IMG/VR virus record: IMGVR_UViG_3300013127_000001
DNA: 64,000 nt
Reading direction: 5' to 3' (one strand)
Origin: an uncultured virus (IMG/VR IMGVR_UViG_3300013127_000001)
Lineage: Duplodnaviria > Heunggongvirae > Uroviricota > Caudoviricetes
The notes below the pieces were generated by a model, which saw only the letters and a program-made list of their open reading frames with translations, was not told the DNA's origin and made no database searches. Below are positions 1 to 10,153 of this stretch, piece by piece; position 1 is the first letter of the stretch; each line of letters opens with the position of its first letter. The position numbers were made by a program, and so were the translations under genes.

Positions 1-948
1 GCCTACAGGACCGGTACTTCCAGTGGCTCCAGTAGGACCTACAGGTCCAGTTGAACCTGTCGAGCCAGAAGCTCCTTGAACACCACTAGCTCCGGTGATG
101 CCGGTTGCTCCAACCGGACCAGTACTTCCTGTCGAACCAGAAGCACCTTGGACTCCAGACGCTCCAGTTATTCCAGTAGCTCCGGTCGGACCAACAGGAC
201 CAGTACTTCCTGTCGAACCAGAAGCACCTTGGACTCCAGACGCTCCAGTTATTCCAGTAGCTCCAACAGGTCCGGTGGAACCAGTAGAGCCGGAAGCTCC
301 TTGGACACCTGAGGCACCAGTGATGCCAGTAGCGCCAGTAGGACCAACAGGACCAGTACTTCCAGTTGCACCAGTTGAACCTACAGGTCCAGTACTTCCT
401 GTACTTCCAGATGCGCCCTGTACACCTGATGCTCCGGTGATACCGGTAGCACCTTCGAGACCGACAGGACCGGTAAAACCAGTCGAACCTGAAGCTCCCT
501 GTATGCCGCTGGCTCCGGCAACACCTGTGGCTCCTGAAATTCCTGTAGATCCAATGGCACCTGTAGCCCCATCAAGCCCCGCTGTTCCTTGGACACCTGA
601 CGCTCCTTGTGCGCCAGTCGCGCCAACAGCACCTTGAGCACCTGTTGCTCCGATTGCACCTGTAGCGCCAACAGTAGAAAGCTCAATCCAGTTTGTGTTA
701 TCGCTAAGCGTATCGCTTGCACCACCCATCGACAGGTTAGCAAGTTTGTAAAGCTTGTTTTCAGCAACACTAAAAACAAGCATACCGAACGCACGTCGAT
801 CAGTAGTAATAGCGTCGCGTGCAGTATTATCTGCAACAGTACGCATACCTCCAAAACCAAGGCTGTCTTGATGTGTTGCGTAAGTATCAGCCGAATTGGT
901 TACACCTAGCGAACCGGTTACTTGAATTGAGCCTGGAGGAAATGACAT
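1..948 (-). CDS. Collagen-like (Gly-X-Thr/Ser/Gln) virion fibre protein, runs off left edge of window
   Basis: Not in the ORF track because it is open at the edge. ATG at 948 gives [15 protein letters not shown]...NWIELSTV followed by uninterrupted [15 protein letters not shown] triplets. Confidence 0.9.
   Translation of the reverse strand, partial: MSFPPGSIQVTGSLGVTNSADTYATHQDSLGFGGMRTVADNTARDAITTDRRAFGMLVFSVAENKLYKLANLSMGGASDTLSDNTNWIELSTVGATGAIGATGAQGAVGATGAQGASGVQGTAGLDGATGAIGSTGISGATGVAGASGIQGASGSTGFTGPVGLEGATGITGASGVQGASGSTGSTGPVGSTGATGSTGPVGPTGATGITGASGVQGASGSTGSTGPVGATGITGASGVQGASGSTGSTGPVGPTGATGITGASGVQGASGSTGSTGPVGATGITGASGVQGASGSTGSTGPVGPTGATGSTGPVG
116..264. repeat. 68-bp exact direct repeat (116-183 / 197-264, period 81 bp) inside the collagen gene
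   Basis: ggaccagtacttcctgtcgaaccagaagcaccttggactccagacgctccagttattccagtagctcc occurs twice. Confidence 0.9.
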
Positions 949-949
949 A

Positions 950-2752
950 CTAACTCACCTGAATGTTAATTGCGCTACCAAGGATATTTTTAGTGCGGTA
1001 CACCCGATAATTCGTAGTGACACCATTAACGTTCGTAACGCTAACCAACGCGTAGCTCCAACCGTTTTGCGTATTAGAGTATGCGGCATTATCCGAGCTG
1101 TCCGCCATAGCAACAGCTAAATTAGTAGAGGTGTCCCTAAAACCAGTTACCGCGGTCGGTGAACCTAAAGAATCAGGCCAACAAAAGTATTTGTAACCTC
1201 CGGCTGCAAGTGAATACGTTCGACTTGGAGTGCTCGTTAGCGTGCTAAACACCAAAGCTTCAATATCGGCCTCTGTTAATGTTGCAGATACGTTTGTGCC
1301 TGCATAAAGTCGCCAAAGCCAAGAAACAGTAGTTAAACCACTTTGAAAAACAGTTGATTGCGTATTTGTTGCACGACCGCGCCAGCTGTAAGAATTAGGC
1401 GAGTTGAAAACAATCCCAGAGCCAATCGACACAGAGACTGGACTTGGGGACAACGGAAAAGTACCTAACACTAGGTTTCCACCAGTGACATCTAACACTT
1501 GCAAAGTGTTAGCCTGTATGTTTGCAATTTGAGTAAATCCAAAAGAAAAGTTTTGCGTACTATTCAGTGTTGTTCCGACTTCAACCGGTGAAGATTGACC
1601 AATAGCAAAAGAAGAAAAAGTAGGCGCAATGTATGGAACTAAAATTGATTCAAGAATGCTTGAAATAGGTAAACCGCTAATTGCAGAACCTGAAGCCAAA
1701 CCTCCAACCGTCGTTGTCGTTGGTGACTGTCCGCTGTAAACACTAGGACCGCTAGCTCCAGCTGCCCCTGTTGCACCGCCAATGCCTGTAGCACCGAATG
1801 CGCCTGTAGCACCGGTTAAACCTGTAGAACCAGTATCTCCGGTTGCTCCGGTAAGTCCGATAGGTCCAGTACTTCCAGTTAAACCGACATCGCCTTGGAT
1901 ACCTGACGCACCCTGAACGCCTGAAGCGCCTTGAATTCCAGATGCTCCCGTAATACCTGTAGTACCAACAGGTCCAGTAGCTCCCGCAGCACCTACAACT
2001 CCAGTAGCGCCAGTTAATCCAAGATCTCCCTGCAAACCAGAAGCACCAACAATGCCTGTTGCTCCCGCGGGGCCCGTTAAACCTGAGGGTCCTTGTAAAC
2101 CTGTTGCACCAGGTAAAGATAAACCAGTAGCACCGATCGGTCCAATTAAGCCACTAGCCCCAGAAATACCTGAAGCACCTGCAACTCCGTCAGAACCGGT
2201 AGCGCCTATTGGACCTGTAGCACCGGCTGAACCGGCACCAAAACCGGTTGCACCGGTTAAGCCCCGAGCACCAGTCGCACCCGAAGCTCCACGAACTCCC
2301 TGAGGTCCTGTTGCCCCGGGACTTCCTTTAGCTACAAGAAGTTCCCAATTTGCTGTCGCAATTGGTGGTGCCGCAGTCGTACTACCTGTAGCTACGACCA
2401 TAATGTACGCAGAGCCTTGATACTCTGCGACATTTCTTATCTGATAAACAGTGGTATTATTCCACGTTCCACGCCAAATAAGTCCAACAATACCGGTTGC
2501 ACCAGTAAGTCCTGTCGCGCCGGTAAAACCAATAACGCCAGTAGCACCTCGCGGACCAGTAGCACCTGCTGCCCCGGTGACGCCTGTTGCTCCGCGAATT
2601 GATTGGTCGGTTATGGCACCAATGTACTGACAAACTTCTTCACCGTTTTGAAACGTAAGGATTTGACGTCCATACGCATCAGTTGTTAGGTCGGCAATTG
2701 CCTGAAGATCGTCAGAATAAGGTTGTGGTAGGTAACGTACCATTCGATCCAT
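950..2752 (-). CDS. Collagen-like tail/capsid fibre protein with a short W-rich module and beta-rich C-terminal domain
   Basis: Long GAT/GAS/GLT triplet tracts, [12 protein letters not shown]...AEYQGSAY module, Ser/Thr-rich C-terminus. Confidence 0.85.
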   Translation of the reverse strand: MDRMVRYLPQPYSDDLQAIADLTTDAYGRQILTFQNGEEVCQYIGAITDQSIRGATGVTGAAGATGPRGATGVIGFTGATGLTGATGIVGLIWRGTWNNTTVYQIRNVAEYQGSAYIMVVATGSTTAAPPIATANWELLVAKGSPGATGPQGVRGASGATGARGLTGATGFGAGSAGATGPIGATGSDGVAGASGISGASGLIGPIGATGLSLPGATGLQGPSGLTGPAGATGIVGASGLQGDLGLTGATGVVGAAGATGPVGTTGITGASGIQGASGVQGASGIQGDVGLTGSTGPIGLTGATGDTGSTGLTGATGAFGATGIGGATGAAGASGPSVYSGQSPTTTTVGGLASGSAISGLPISSILESILVPYIAPTFSSFAIGQSSPVEVGTTLNSTQNFSFGFTQIANIQANTLQVLDVTGGNLVLGTFPLSPSPVSVSIGSGIVFNSPNSYSWRGRATNTQSTVFQSGLTTVSWLWRLYAGTNVSATLTEADIEALVFSTLTSTPSRTYSLAAGGYKYFCWPDSLGSPTAVTGFRDTSTNLAVAMADSSDNAAYSNTQNGWSYALVSVTNVNGVTTNYRVYRTKNILGSAINIQVS

Positions 2753-2803
2753 CCTCGGATACGTTAATGAACGTACAGGGCAGGCATACTACTTGCCCCA
2801 ATG

Positions 2804-4027
2804 TTAAATGTGTTGTAGTCCTGGAAACCGTTGTCCTTTTAACGCAGCTAGTTCAAATTTTAAGAACTTGAACCCCTTGTCGCGATGCCAATCTGACGGA
2901 TACACCTCAGTGCAGTCAATTTGTTGAAAGCGACAACGAATGTTACCGTTACTTTTTGCAGCATGTTTTCGCGTATAAGGATACATGCTAACCGCACTGA
3001 AGTGCGATTGCCACTCGACATCCCCAAAACCCATACCTGAATGAACTTCAGGTACGATGATTGTAAGATAACCGCCAGGAACCAAAGCTTCATAGGCTTC
3101 ATTCATAAATTCTCGTACCTGCCAGCCTGGAAGTTTTTGAAGCTCAGTATCTGCTACGATGTGCCCGTACTGATTTTCACCAAAACCTTGAAGCAAATCG
3201 CGGTCTGCTTTCCATCCCTGTGACTGCAACTCAGTTAAGTTTAACTGCTGCAAACCTTCTCGCTGAAGCCAACTCTTCACAAGATTTCCAAAGTGTGTCT
3301 TTTTCAATTGTCGCGTTGTTTCTTGAATTGCCGTATTACGTAAGACAACTGTATTCTGATCAAACATTCGATACAGATAATGACAACCACCAGTGTGTTG
3401 AAATGAAGCTCCGGTCAGATATGTTTTGATCATCAACTCATGGTCATCACAGACAGACAGTTCAGGATTATGTCCACCCGCTTCATAGTAAGCCTTACGA
3501 GACCAAGCTCTAACATGGTCTGGGCAGTAATATATTTCAGAAAGCGAACGTGGCGTTACGTCAAAAGTACGGGTAGCTTTTAAGCTCCTGCCATAGATTT
3601 TAATCGAGTAATCCTGCCAACCATGCTGTCCTGAATAAGTAAACGGCGCATACTCACAAAAAGTTGAGTGCTTTTTGTATTTGAAAACCGCCGCATCTGA
3701 AAACACAAAGCCAGCTCCGCTTTGAAACCTCTGACGAATTTTTGCTAAAGAATCACCAGGCACAAGTAAGTCGTCGTGATCAAACTCAATAAACGCATCT
3801 CCTGTTGCTGCGTCGCAAGCTAAACGTTTTAGTGCGCCTACGTTATGTAGTTGTCCGCCGTCAACAATGCGTACTCGAAGATCTTGTTTAACTTGTTCTG
3901 GAATCTCAGCTCCATTGTTAGGCACAATAACCCATTCCCAATCTTCTACCGTCTGCATTCGCAATGACTTGTAGGCTTCCAACAAGTAAGTCGGCTTATG
4001 AGTCGGAGTGATTAAGCTCAGCCGCAT
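2804..4027 (-). CDS. GT2 (GT-A fold) glycosyltransferase fused to a degenerate methyltransferase-like C-terminal domain
   Basis: LSLITPTH..., WEWVIV, EFDHDD (DxD), CDDHEL; C-terminal EAYEALVPGGYLTIIVP. Confidence 0.8.
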   Translation of the reverse strand: MRLSLITPTHKPTYLLEAYKSLRMQTVEDWEWVIVPNNGAEIPEQVKQDLRVRIVDGGQLHNVGALKRLACDAATGDAFIEFDHDDLLVPGDSLAKIRQRFQSGAGFVFSDAAVFKYKKHSTFCEYAPFTYSGQHGWQDYSIKIYGRSLKATRTFDVTPRSLSEIYYCPDHVRAWSRKAYYEAGGHNPELSVCDDHELMIKTYLTGASFQHTGGCHYLYRMFDQNTVVLRNTAIQETTRQLKKTHFGNLVKSWLQREGLQQLNLTELQSQGWKADRDLLQGFGENQYGHIVADTELQKLPGWQVREFMNEAYEALVPGGYLTIIVPEVHSGMGFGDVEWQSHFSAVSMYPYTRKHAAKSNGNIRCRFQQIDCTEVYPSDWHRDKGFKFLKFELAALKGQRFPGLQHI

Positions 4028-4048
4028 AGTTTCACTTTCTGTTAGCAT

Positions 4049-4090
4049 AAAAAAAGGTTGATCGGCCTATTGTAGCCAATCAACCTTTTT
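4049..4090. terminator. Probable bidirectional intrinsic terminator
   Basis: AAAAGGTTGAT...ATCAACCTTTT inverted repeat with A/T tracts on both sides, just downstream of the head operon. Confidence 0.75.
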
Positions 4091-4114
4091 ATCACTAGCA
4101 GAACGGAATTGCTA

Positions 4115-4462
4115 TTAGCTTTCCGAGTTATACCAGCAAGGATCCACCGTAGACAACGAACCACTGGCGAGCTGAAGCATCTTCGGCGCGTCCGTGACAG
4201 TGTCTTGAAGGATTGGACTTGGTGTGTTGAGAATCTCAAGATCCCCAGATTCCACAGCAGCTTCAAACGCAGCATTAGCGCGACGCTGTACGCTACGCTC
4301 TCCGCCTTGATTGCCGCCGAGGTTTTGACGAATGTCACCAAAAACGGTGAATTCTTCATTGTTGGCCAAGGTTCGTCCGTGAGGAGGCAAGAACCCGAAT
4401 GTTTTGGCAGTGCCAGAAACATTCTTGACCGTCGAATAAAGGCAAGAAGTATCCATCGACAT
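4115..4462 (-). CDS. Hypothetical protein, likely virion structural
   Basis: 115-aa ORF with GGAG RBS, at the end of the capsid operon. Confidence 0.65.
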   Translation of the reverse strand: MSMDTSCLYSTVKNVSGTAKTFGFLPPHGRTLANNEEFTVFGDIRQNLGGNQGGERSVQRRANAAFEAAVESGDLEILNTPSPILQDTVTDAPKMLQLASGSLSTVDPCWYNSES

Positions 4463-4475
4463 GGGTTAAAGCTCC

Positions 4476-4868
4476 TTATGAGTTACCTGCCAGGATTGCA
4501 GCTTCTGCCGCCTTTACCGACAACACCGCGTTATAAACGCTGGGGTCTTCAGCAAGTTCAGCAGCAGCCTGCTTGATAGCCTGATTGCGAACAGCAAGTT
4601 GCTGTTGCGCAGCTACAGGCGAAGTACCAAGCACAGAATCGAGAGCCGAAATAGCTCCCCCGAAGCGGCTATGAGCCGCGGCTTGCTTTTCAGCACCATC
4701 AACGTGACGCAGCTTCCCAGCCAACGCAAACAAGTCGGCAGCTTCTTTTTCAGTTGTAGGCTGAATACCGTAGCTAGCCAACTTGCCGAGGAAGACCTGG
4801 GCATGCACGCCATCGAACAATTGCTGATAAGCTACTGCCGGATCCGGCAGTGGATTGTTCTTAGACAT
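4476..4868 (-). CDS. Ala-rich head-associated protein with K-x-A motifs
   Basis: TEKEA, AEKQA, AIKQA; GGAG RBS upstream of ATG 4868. Confidence 0.7.
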   Translation of the reverse strand: MSKNNPLPDPAVAYQQLFDGVHAQVFLGKLASYGIQPTTEKEAADLFALAGKLRHVDGAEKQAAAHSRFGGAISALDSVLGTSPVAAQQQLAVRNQAIKQAAAELAEDPSVYNAVLSVKAAEAAILAGNS

Positions 4869-4910
4869 CAGTGCAAACTCCAAATTCTGGATTTTAAGGT
4901 GAAAACCTTA

Positions 4911-5186
4911 CTAGCTACCTGAGTTGTTCAGGTAGGACGAAACACCACCGCCATTGGCGTAGGGGTCGTATTCTACCTGATCACTTACAGCGCCAGGAAA
5001 AGGTTTGGGTGGTTGTTCTTGCGCACTAAGGTCAAGTTCGTTGACATCAATGCGATCAACAGTGTAACTGCGGTCTTGGCCAAGATCCCGAGGGTTCTTA
5101 ACGTCTTCCGCAGTAGAGACCTGACTAAACGGGCCTCGCTGTGTCAAACTTACGTCCACGTATGGACCAGGAAATGCCTGTGGCAT
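4911..5186 (-). CDS. Hypothetical protein downstream of MCP
   Basis: AAGGAGG RBS before ATG 5186 (MPQAFPG...). Confidence 0.65.
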   Translation of the reverse strand: MPQAFPGPYVDVSLTQRGPFSQVSTAEDVKNPRDLGQDRSYTVDRIDVNELDLSAQEQPPKPFPGAVSDQVEYDPYANGGGVSSYLNNSGS

Positions 5187-5213
5187 GTAACGAATCCTCC
5201 TTGAACCAAGCAA

Positions 5214-5241
5214 AGGTTCCCGAAACTAATTTCGGGAACCT
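5214..5241 (-). terminator. Hairpin/terminator after the major capsid gene
   Basis: 12-bp stem AGGTTCCCGAAA/TTTCGGGAACCT 17 nt after the MCP stop; short T tail. Confidence 0.65.
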
Positions 5242-5258
5242 AAGCTGGCACTTGTTGG

Positions 5259-6206
5259 TTAGGTGAAGTCGACACGGGCCAGACCGGAAGTATGACCGAT
5301 CGTTCCGCCCAAAGATTCGTAAGCGAAGAATTCGATGAAGTAAGCTTCACGACGAATGTACATCGTGGTGTCTTCCAACATGTAGCTCTTGCCAATGAAC
5401 TTGGGATCTGCGAAGTGGTACATGGTGTTGGTTGGCACCAGACCCTTCTTGATCGTGATGACCCACTTGACGCCCATGCACTCGCTAAGAGTCCAGCCGT
5501 TACGCATGACTTCTTCGCTGAGGTCACCACCCATTTCGTTACGAGTAAACTTCGCAACTTCCTTGATGGTGATGTTGTTGAGCAGAACGCAGTGAACTTC
5601 GAGGTTCGACGGCGTGTTGGGCATGATTTTCAACGAATCCCAGAGAGTATCACGAGTGATACCACCGGCGATTTGCTGATATTGAACCGTACCCGACGTT
5701 GGCACAACAAGCCCGGGGCCTACCAAGGCAGTGTTCACTGCCGAAATAAACTTACCGTCCTCTTCAGCGAGCATGTCCTTGATAGCGTTGTCGCTAAGGA
5801 CCTGTCGAATATCCATGTACCAAGTACGCAGTTCGTCGACATCTTTCGTGAACTTTGGAGTCACGATACGGTCGAACGTAACCTTGTAGCGGTCGCCACG
5901 AATATAGAGGTTGGTCGGCAAAGTTGCAAAAGGAATAGAAACAGCAGCAGGGCTGTCTGGTTCCTTGTCCACAATCTTAACCGGCTTGTCGGTGTCGACT
6001 TGACGATCAAGATCGTCGTTGCTGATCGGAACAGGTGGCATGATTCGACGGTAGAAACCATCTTCACGCATCTTGGTCCGGGTGAAGTCGTTAACCGCGT
6101 CTACAGCCTGCTTTTCCAGGCTCGGATCGCGGGACGACAGCTTCTCGAAAATCGCCTGGCTCAAGAGTTTACTTTCCTCTTGAGTCATTACGCTTGAGTT
6201 AGCCAT
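5259..6206 (-). CDS. Major capsid protein (HK97 fold)
   Basis: 315 aa; strong RBS; ...REDGFYRRIMPP..., IVTPKFTKDVDELR...DIRQVLSDNAIKDMLAEEDGKF spine-helix-like pattern; position after protease, scaffold and decoration genes. Confidence 0.8.
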   Translation of the reverse strand: MANSSVMTQEESKLLSQAIFEKLSSRDPSLEKQAVDAVNDFTRTKMREDGFYRRIMPPVPISNDDLDRQVDTDKPVKIVDKEPDSPAAVSIPFATLPTNLYIRGDRYKVTFDRIVTPKFTKDVDELRTWYMDIRQVLSDNAIKDMLAEEDGKFISAVNTALVGPGLVVPTSGTVQYQQIAGGITRDTLWDSLKIMPNTPSNLEVHCVLLNNITIKEVAKFTRNEMGGDLSEEVMRNGWTLSECMGVKWVITIKKGLVPTNTMYHFADPKFIGKSYMLEDTTMYIRREAYFIEFFAYESLGGTIGHTSGLARVDFT

Positions 6207-6231
6207 TGAGGAAAACCTCCTTGTAGGATAA

Positions 6232-6252
6232 CCGGACGGGGTAACCGTCCGG
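6232..6252 (-). promoter_or_regulatory. GC-rich hairpin in the MCP leader (stabiliser or processing site)
   Basis: CCGGACGG-5nt-CCGTCCGG between the decoration gene stop and the MCP RBS. Confidence 0.5.
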
Positions 6253-6271
6253 GTTCATGACTGGGGAAATG

Positions 6272-6811
6272 TTAGTTGGGGAATACCGGGAAAGGCCAGA
6301 ATGCCAAAGCACTCTTGCCGTAACCGTTGTCCACAACGCCGCGCGACACGATGCCGACGATCATATTGGTATACAGCGTCCCAGCTCGAAGTTTGCCGGG
6401 ATTTGCACTACCAGATTTGTTTGCCGTCAGCGGTGTATTGGGAGGATAAGAAGCGGCTACGAAAGCCGTACTTACCAACTCATACGCGCCAACAGCAACC
6501 AAGGCCATAGCCTGGCCAGTCGGACTGATTGGAATCCAAACACCCGGAGTCGTCGAAGCGTCGCCACCGTCGTTCACAACATCGGGATCATCCGAGTTGT
6601 TGAACAAGAACATAGGCATCACAGCCGAGTTACCAACGCCAAGGATAAAGTTTCCAGACGGATTCAGCGAAACCACTGAACCAGCCAAAACCGGAAGATC
6701 ACCACTAGGAATCGCAGAATCGAAAGCCGCATGGTAATCAACCGCATTCATTTGCGGCCAACCCTTCAACGCATTGAGAGTGTTGGCAGTCATTTGCCGT
6801 GGAGCAGGCAT
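6272..6811 (-). CDS. Probable capsid decoration/cement protein
   Basis: 179 aa, Gly/Pro/beta-rich, directly upstream of MCP, AGGAGG RBS. Confidence 0.55.
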   Translation of the reverse strand: MPAPRQMTANTLNALKGWPQMNAVDYHAAFDSAIPSGDLPVLAGSVVSLNPSGNFILGVGNSAVMPMFLFNNSDDPDVVNDGGDASTTPGVWIPISPTGQAMALVAVGAYELVSTAFVAASYPPNTPLTANKSGSANPGKLRAGTLYTNMIVGIVSRGVVDNGYGKSALAFWPFPVFPN

Positions 6812-6866
6812 TTTATACCTCCTGAGTCCAAGTTAAGGTCATCGTTGACCTTTGATTGTGAAATAG

Positions 6867-7307
6867 TTAGGAACGCGGAGCGTTCAAAACAGCCAGAATA
6901 GCATGGTCCGACGCTTTCTTTTCAGAAGTACGTCGTCCAACGTAAGGATCATTCAAACTGTCACGTACTTGAGTAGCTGACTTAAAGCCAGCTTCTTTTT
7001 CAGTGACAGCCTGCCCCAGATCAGACGCTGCCTTCTCTGATGCAGTCTTGTAAGCCTGCATTTTGTTGATAGCGTTGACCAGCAGATCCAAGGTTTGGGC
7101 AGGGTTGTTCAACATCTCAGCAGCTGCCTGCTTTTGATGTGGAGCAACACTTCCAGTTTGCAACATCAAGTCAAGAACAGCTTGTCGCTTTGCAGCGGCC
7201 TGCTTTTCTCGAGCTCGATGCGATTGCACTTCGCCCATCAGACGGTCATTCAGTGCCGAACTAGCGGCAATGAATTCAATCGTCTGGGCTGCAAGCTTCG
7301 TATTCAT
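6867..7307 (-). CDS. Helical head-associated protein, dense in K-x-A motifs
   Basis: NTKLA, REKQA, HQKQA, AYKTA, SEKAA, TEKEA, GFKSA, SEKKA. Confidence 0.7.
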   Translation of the reverse strand: MNTKLAAQTIEFIAASSALNDRLMGEVQSHRAREKQAAAKRQAVLDLMLQTGSVAPHQKQAAAEMLNNPAQTLDLLVNAINKMQAYKTASEKAASDLGQAVTEKEAGFKSATQVRDSLNDPYVGRRTSEKKASDHAILAVLNAPRS

Positions 7308-7345
7308 TACGGAAACCTCCGTGGTTGAAAATCTGTTAAATGGAA

Positions 7346-8617
7346 CTAGCGACGAGACCGTTCCAGGACTTCCTGGATGTAATCTCTTACGCTTTTGTCA
7401 GCGGACACCTTTTTAGCAGCCGCCTTCTTGCCCTGACCTTTAGCTGAAGCTTCAACTTCCATGCCAGGGGCATCGCCAGCAGCGTCTTCAGGAGGTGCTC
7501 CTTCAGCCGGACCAGCACCGCCGCCACCTGCCATAGCCGCCTCAAGCTCTTCAGGCGAAATGCCGAGTTGTTCTAACACGGCGGCAAGCTGCGCAATGTC
7601 ATCTCCACCTTCCCCTTCTGGAGGTGCACCACCCGCCATAGCATCAGCCATTGCAGGATCTTCACCACCTTCCATGGGAGAACCACCCATCATGGCAGCA
7701 GGGTCAACACCGGCAGGCATTTCGCCCTCAGCTTTTTTTGAAAGCTCATCCTGATAACTGATAAGGAATTCAGCTACCTTGTCTGCATCTTCCGACGCAG
7801 TTTTGATGATTTCTTCCAACGTATACTGTACTAAAGAGTCAGCAGCCTTCTTATCGAAGTTACCACTCAAAAGGCCAGCAAGCTCCCAACCAGCCTGTCC
7901 GGCCAAGTCAGCAGCTTCTTTCTCATCATCATCGTCGTCATCATCGTCGTCGTCCTTCTTTTCTCCGCTGCGAAGCGAAGAAAGATCAGATCCGTCGATT
8001 TTGCCGTTGTTGTTAACGTCCAACTTGTGTTGCCCGCCAACCAATTCAGCTTGCTTCTGTAGGTTTGCCAACTCTGCTAAGAGTCGGTTACCCATATCAG
8101 CAGCTACCTTGGCGAGCTGTTCAACTGGCATCTCAGCATACTTGTACCCGTCCAACTCGCTGTTGTTTGTACGAGCAGGGTGAGTTGTATTGCCAAGACG
8201 TCCACCCGAAGCATCTTCTTTTTCAGCTTTAGCTGAAGAAGTTTCGACCGCAGGATCTTCACCAGTTGGCTCTTTCTTGGTGCCAATTTGGAGTTGATCT
8301 TGCGATGCGGTACCTGGAGGATTGATAGAGCCGCCTTCGGACTTACCGTCCACGGCCTTCTTATCCGCCACGCCTTCGGGAGTACTATCAACGGATGGCT
8401 TTCCTTGATCGGCTTTCACATCTGCGGTATTTTCCGCAGAACGAGAACCTTCAGTCGCCTCTTCCGTCGAATCATCGACATTTTTGACAGGATGTGTCGT
8501 TGGACCACCAACGCTACCAGGCTCGGTGTGAGCCTCAGCAGCGCGCTTCTCGGTGGCGGCGACTTCCCGCAAAAATCGGTCGATAGATTTCATCGACTGC
8601 ATTGCAGAATTAGTCAT
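7346..8617 (-). CDS. Scaffold/prohead core-like acidic protein
   Basis: Low-complexity acidic 423 aa, poly-Asp run, many K-x-A motifs, DVNNNGKIDGSD loop; lies between protease and MCP. Confidence 0.65.
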   Translation of the reverse strand: MTNSAMQSMKSIDRFLREVAATEKRAAEAHTEPGSVGGPTTHPVKNVDDSTEEATEGSRSAENTADVKADQGKPSVDSTPEGVADKKAVDGKSEGGSINPPGTASQDQLQIGTKKEPTGEDPAVETSSAKAEKEDASGGRLGNTTHPARTNNSELDGYKYAEMPVEQLAKVAADMGNRLLAELANLQKQAELVGGQHKLDVNNNGKIDGSDLSSLRSGEKKDDDDDDDDDDEKEAADLAGQAGWELAGLLSGNFDKKAADSLVQYTLEEIIKTASEDADKVAEFLISYQDELSKKAEGEMPAGVDPAAMMGGSPMEGGEDPAMADAMAGGAPPEGEGGDDIAQLAAVLEQLGISPEELEAAMAGGGGAGPAEGAPPEDAAGDAPGMEVEASAKGQGKKAAAKKVSADKSVRDYIQEVLERSRR

Positions 8618-8656
8618 TACGCGCTCCTTGCAAAACGGTTTTGAGTTCCGTTTTAT

Positions 8657-10141
8657 CTAGTTAAAAACTTGATTCTGACAGAGACTCAACTTGACTGTCA
8701 ATGGAAAGTCTGCGTCAGCTGCGGCGAGCCGCCACAGGCTTGCCAGTTTATACATTGCGTAGTCTTTAGCCAACCTCTCGGCCGAATCGTCACAGCTTGC
8801 AAACTTCTCATACACAAAAATCGCAGGAGCGCTTTGCCCCCGGATACAACTTAGAATGCTCCGGTCACTTACCGCAGACTGACTTAATGAATAATCAGAA
8901 GTCAATGTTGCGGCAAGCATCCTGGAACTTTCATTTGCTGTCTTCTCAATAAACACACAAGCGCCACTCTCTACTCGCAGAGGTAGCGACTCGTCCGTCG
9001 TCATTCGTGTGTAAATTCCAGGCAGAATAGCCGCAGCAGTTTTACAATGCTCTTCACGACCAACTAACCTAGAATAATCACGCAAATTCAAAATAATCTT
9101 GCGATCCGCAAGCGCTGCAAGCTGCATATCGCATTGTACCGAACCGAACGCAGCGAGCTTTTCAACGGGAAAAGCAGGCGTTATCAGCGCTCGATACATA
9201 TTAGCATCTAATGATTCCCGGATTTTTTCAATAGCAGCAAGGCCATAACCTAGCCGAATTTGTGCAGCTTGTTTTTCTGACCAGAAGCCGTGATGTCCGC
9301 TTTGATACAGAATAACATCAACAGGAGCAGTCGAAGACTCAGCCATTTTGATATAGTCCTGCATCTCAAAAATGCCACGATCAGCTGCGGCTTTAGTCAA
9401 GTAATCAGCTTTGGCTCCGTAAGCAATTCGATCGGCTGGACGGAAAACGCGACTAATATCAAACCAAGTTGGATTTGGATTATCAACATGCAAATGATGT
9501 AAATCACTGCCAACTTTAACAAGCCGTGTCAAATTATCTCGACAACCTCCAGCAGCACATTTCTCCGTCGTACAATATTCATCTCGCGTGCGAGCAGCAT
9601 GCTTGCAGAAAGAACAAACATCATGAGGCACTCGACACGCCATGCTAACAGGCATGTCTTCGCCTCTTGCAAGTTTTTCAAGTTCAGTATCAGCAACGAA
9701 TCCGCCATTGCGATCTGCCGCGGACTTTTCGGCATTTAACGCACAAAGCAGTTCAACGCGACGCATGTCTTCATTGTAGGCTGACGCCTTAACCACTCCG
9801 TAAAACGGATCACCTCGTTCTGCTTTGTTTTTGTGGTTTCTAAAAAACTTGGCAAACTTTACGAACGTATCGTGATGGTTGCGACAAGTCGCTTCTTTGA
9901 AACCATCTCCGTTGCGATTTGGCCCATAAGCCTCACTAGCACCCAACGCAATTAGATGGACAGGTACTTCATCTGCTGCAAACTTGACGTTGTCTAATGC
10001 GGGCAGAAAGGCATGACTGGCTCGTTTAAGAAACTCATTCCTGTCATTACCAATTAAACCTCGACTACTTACCTTTATAGGTTCAAGAATCCGTTCTTCA
10101 AAATCCCAACCCGAAGGCGAGACAAACTTAATGTGTGCCAT
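8657..10141 (-). CDS. Prohead (capsid maturation) protease with Cys-rich insert and K-x-A-rich C-terminal half
   Basis: GPNRNGDGF, FRNH (His), VSMAC (Ser), CSFC...C...C insert, FDISRVFRPAD; pattern of HK97-type phage prohead serine proteases and canonical position upstream of scaffold/MCP. Confidence 0.7.
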   Translation of the reverse strand: MAHIKFVSPSGWDFEERILEPIKVSSRGLIGNDRNEFLKRASHAFLPALDNVKFAADEVPVHLIALGASEAYGPNRNGDGFKEATCRNHHDTFVKFAKFFRNHKNKAERGDPFYGVVKASAYNEDMRRVELLCALNAEKSAADRNGGFVADTELEKLARGEDMPVSMACRVPHDVCSFCKHAARTRDEYCTTEKCAAGGCRDNLTRLVKVGSDLHHLHVDNPNPTWFDISRVFRPADRIAYGAKADYLTKAAADRGIFEMQDYIKMAESSTAPVDVILYQSGHHGFWSEKQAAQIRLGYGLAAIEKIRESLDANMYRALITPAFPVEKLAAFGSVQCDMQLAALADRKIILNLRDYSRLVGREEHCKTAAAILPGIYTRMTTDESLPLRVESGACVFIEKTANESSRMLAATLTSDYSLSQSAVSDRSILSCIRGQSAPAIFVYEKFASCDDSAERLAKDYAMYKLASLWRLAAADADFPLTVKLSLCQNQVFN

Positions 10142-10153
10142 AGAAATAATGCC

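Noticed and set aside
76..909. Plus-strand Pro/Val- or Ser/Arg-rich ORFs (also 2052-2303, 7461-8183, 10806-11078, 18632-19126)
   Set aside because: Antisense shadows of collagen or low-complexity minus-strand genes; no RBS.
5292..6197. 301-aa ORF antisense to the MCP
   Set aside because: Mirrors the MCP codon for codon, the usual result of strong codon bias; no recognisable motif.
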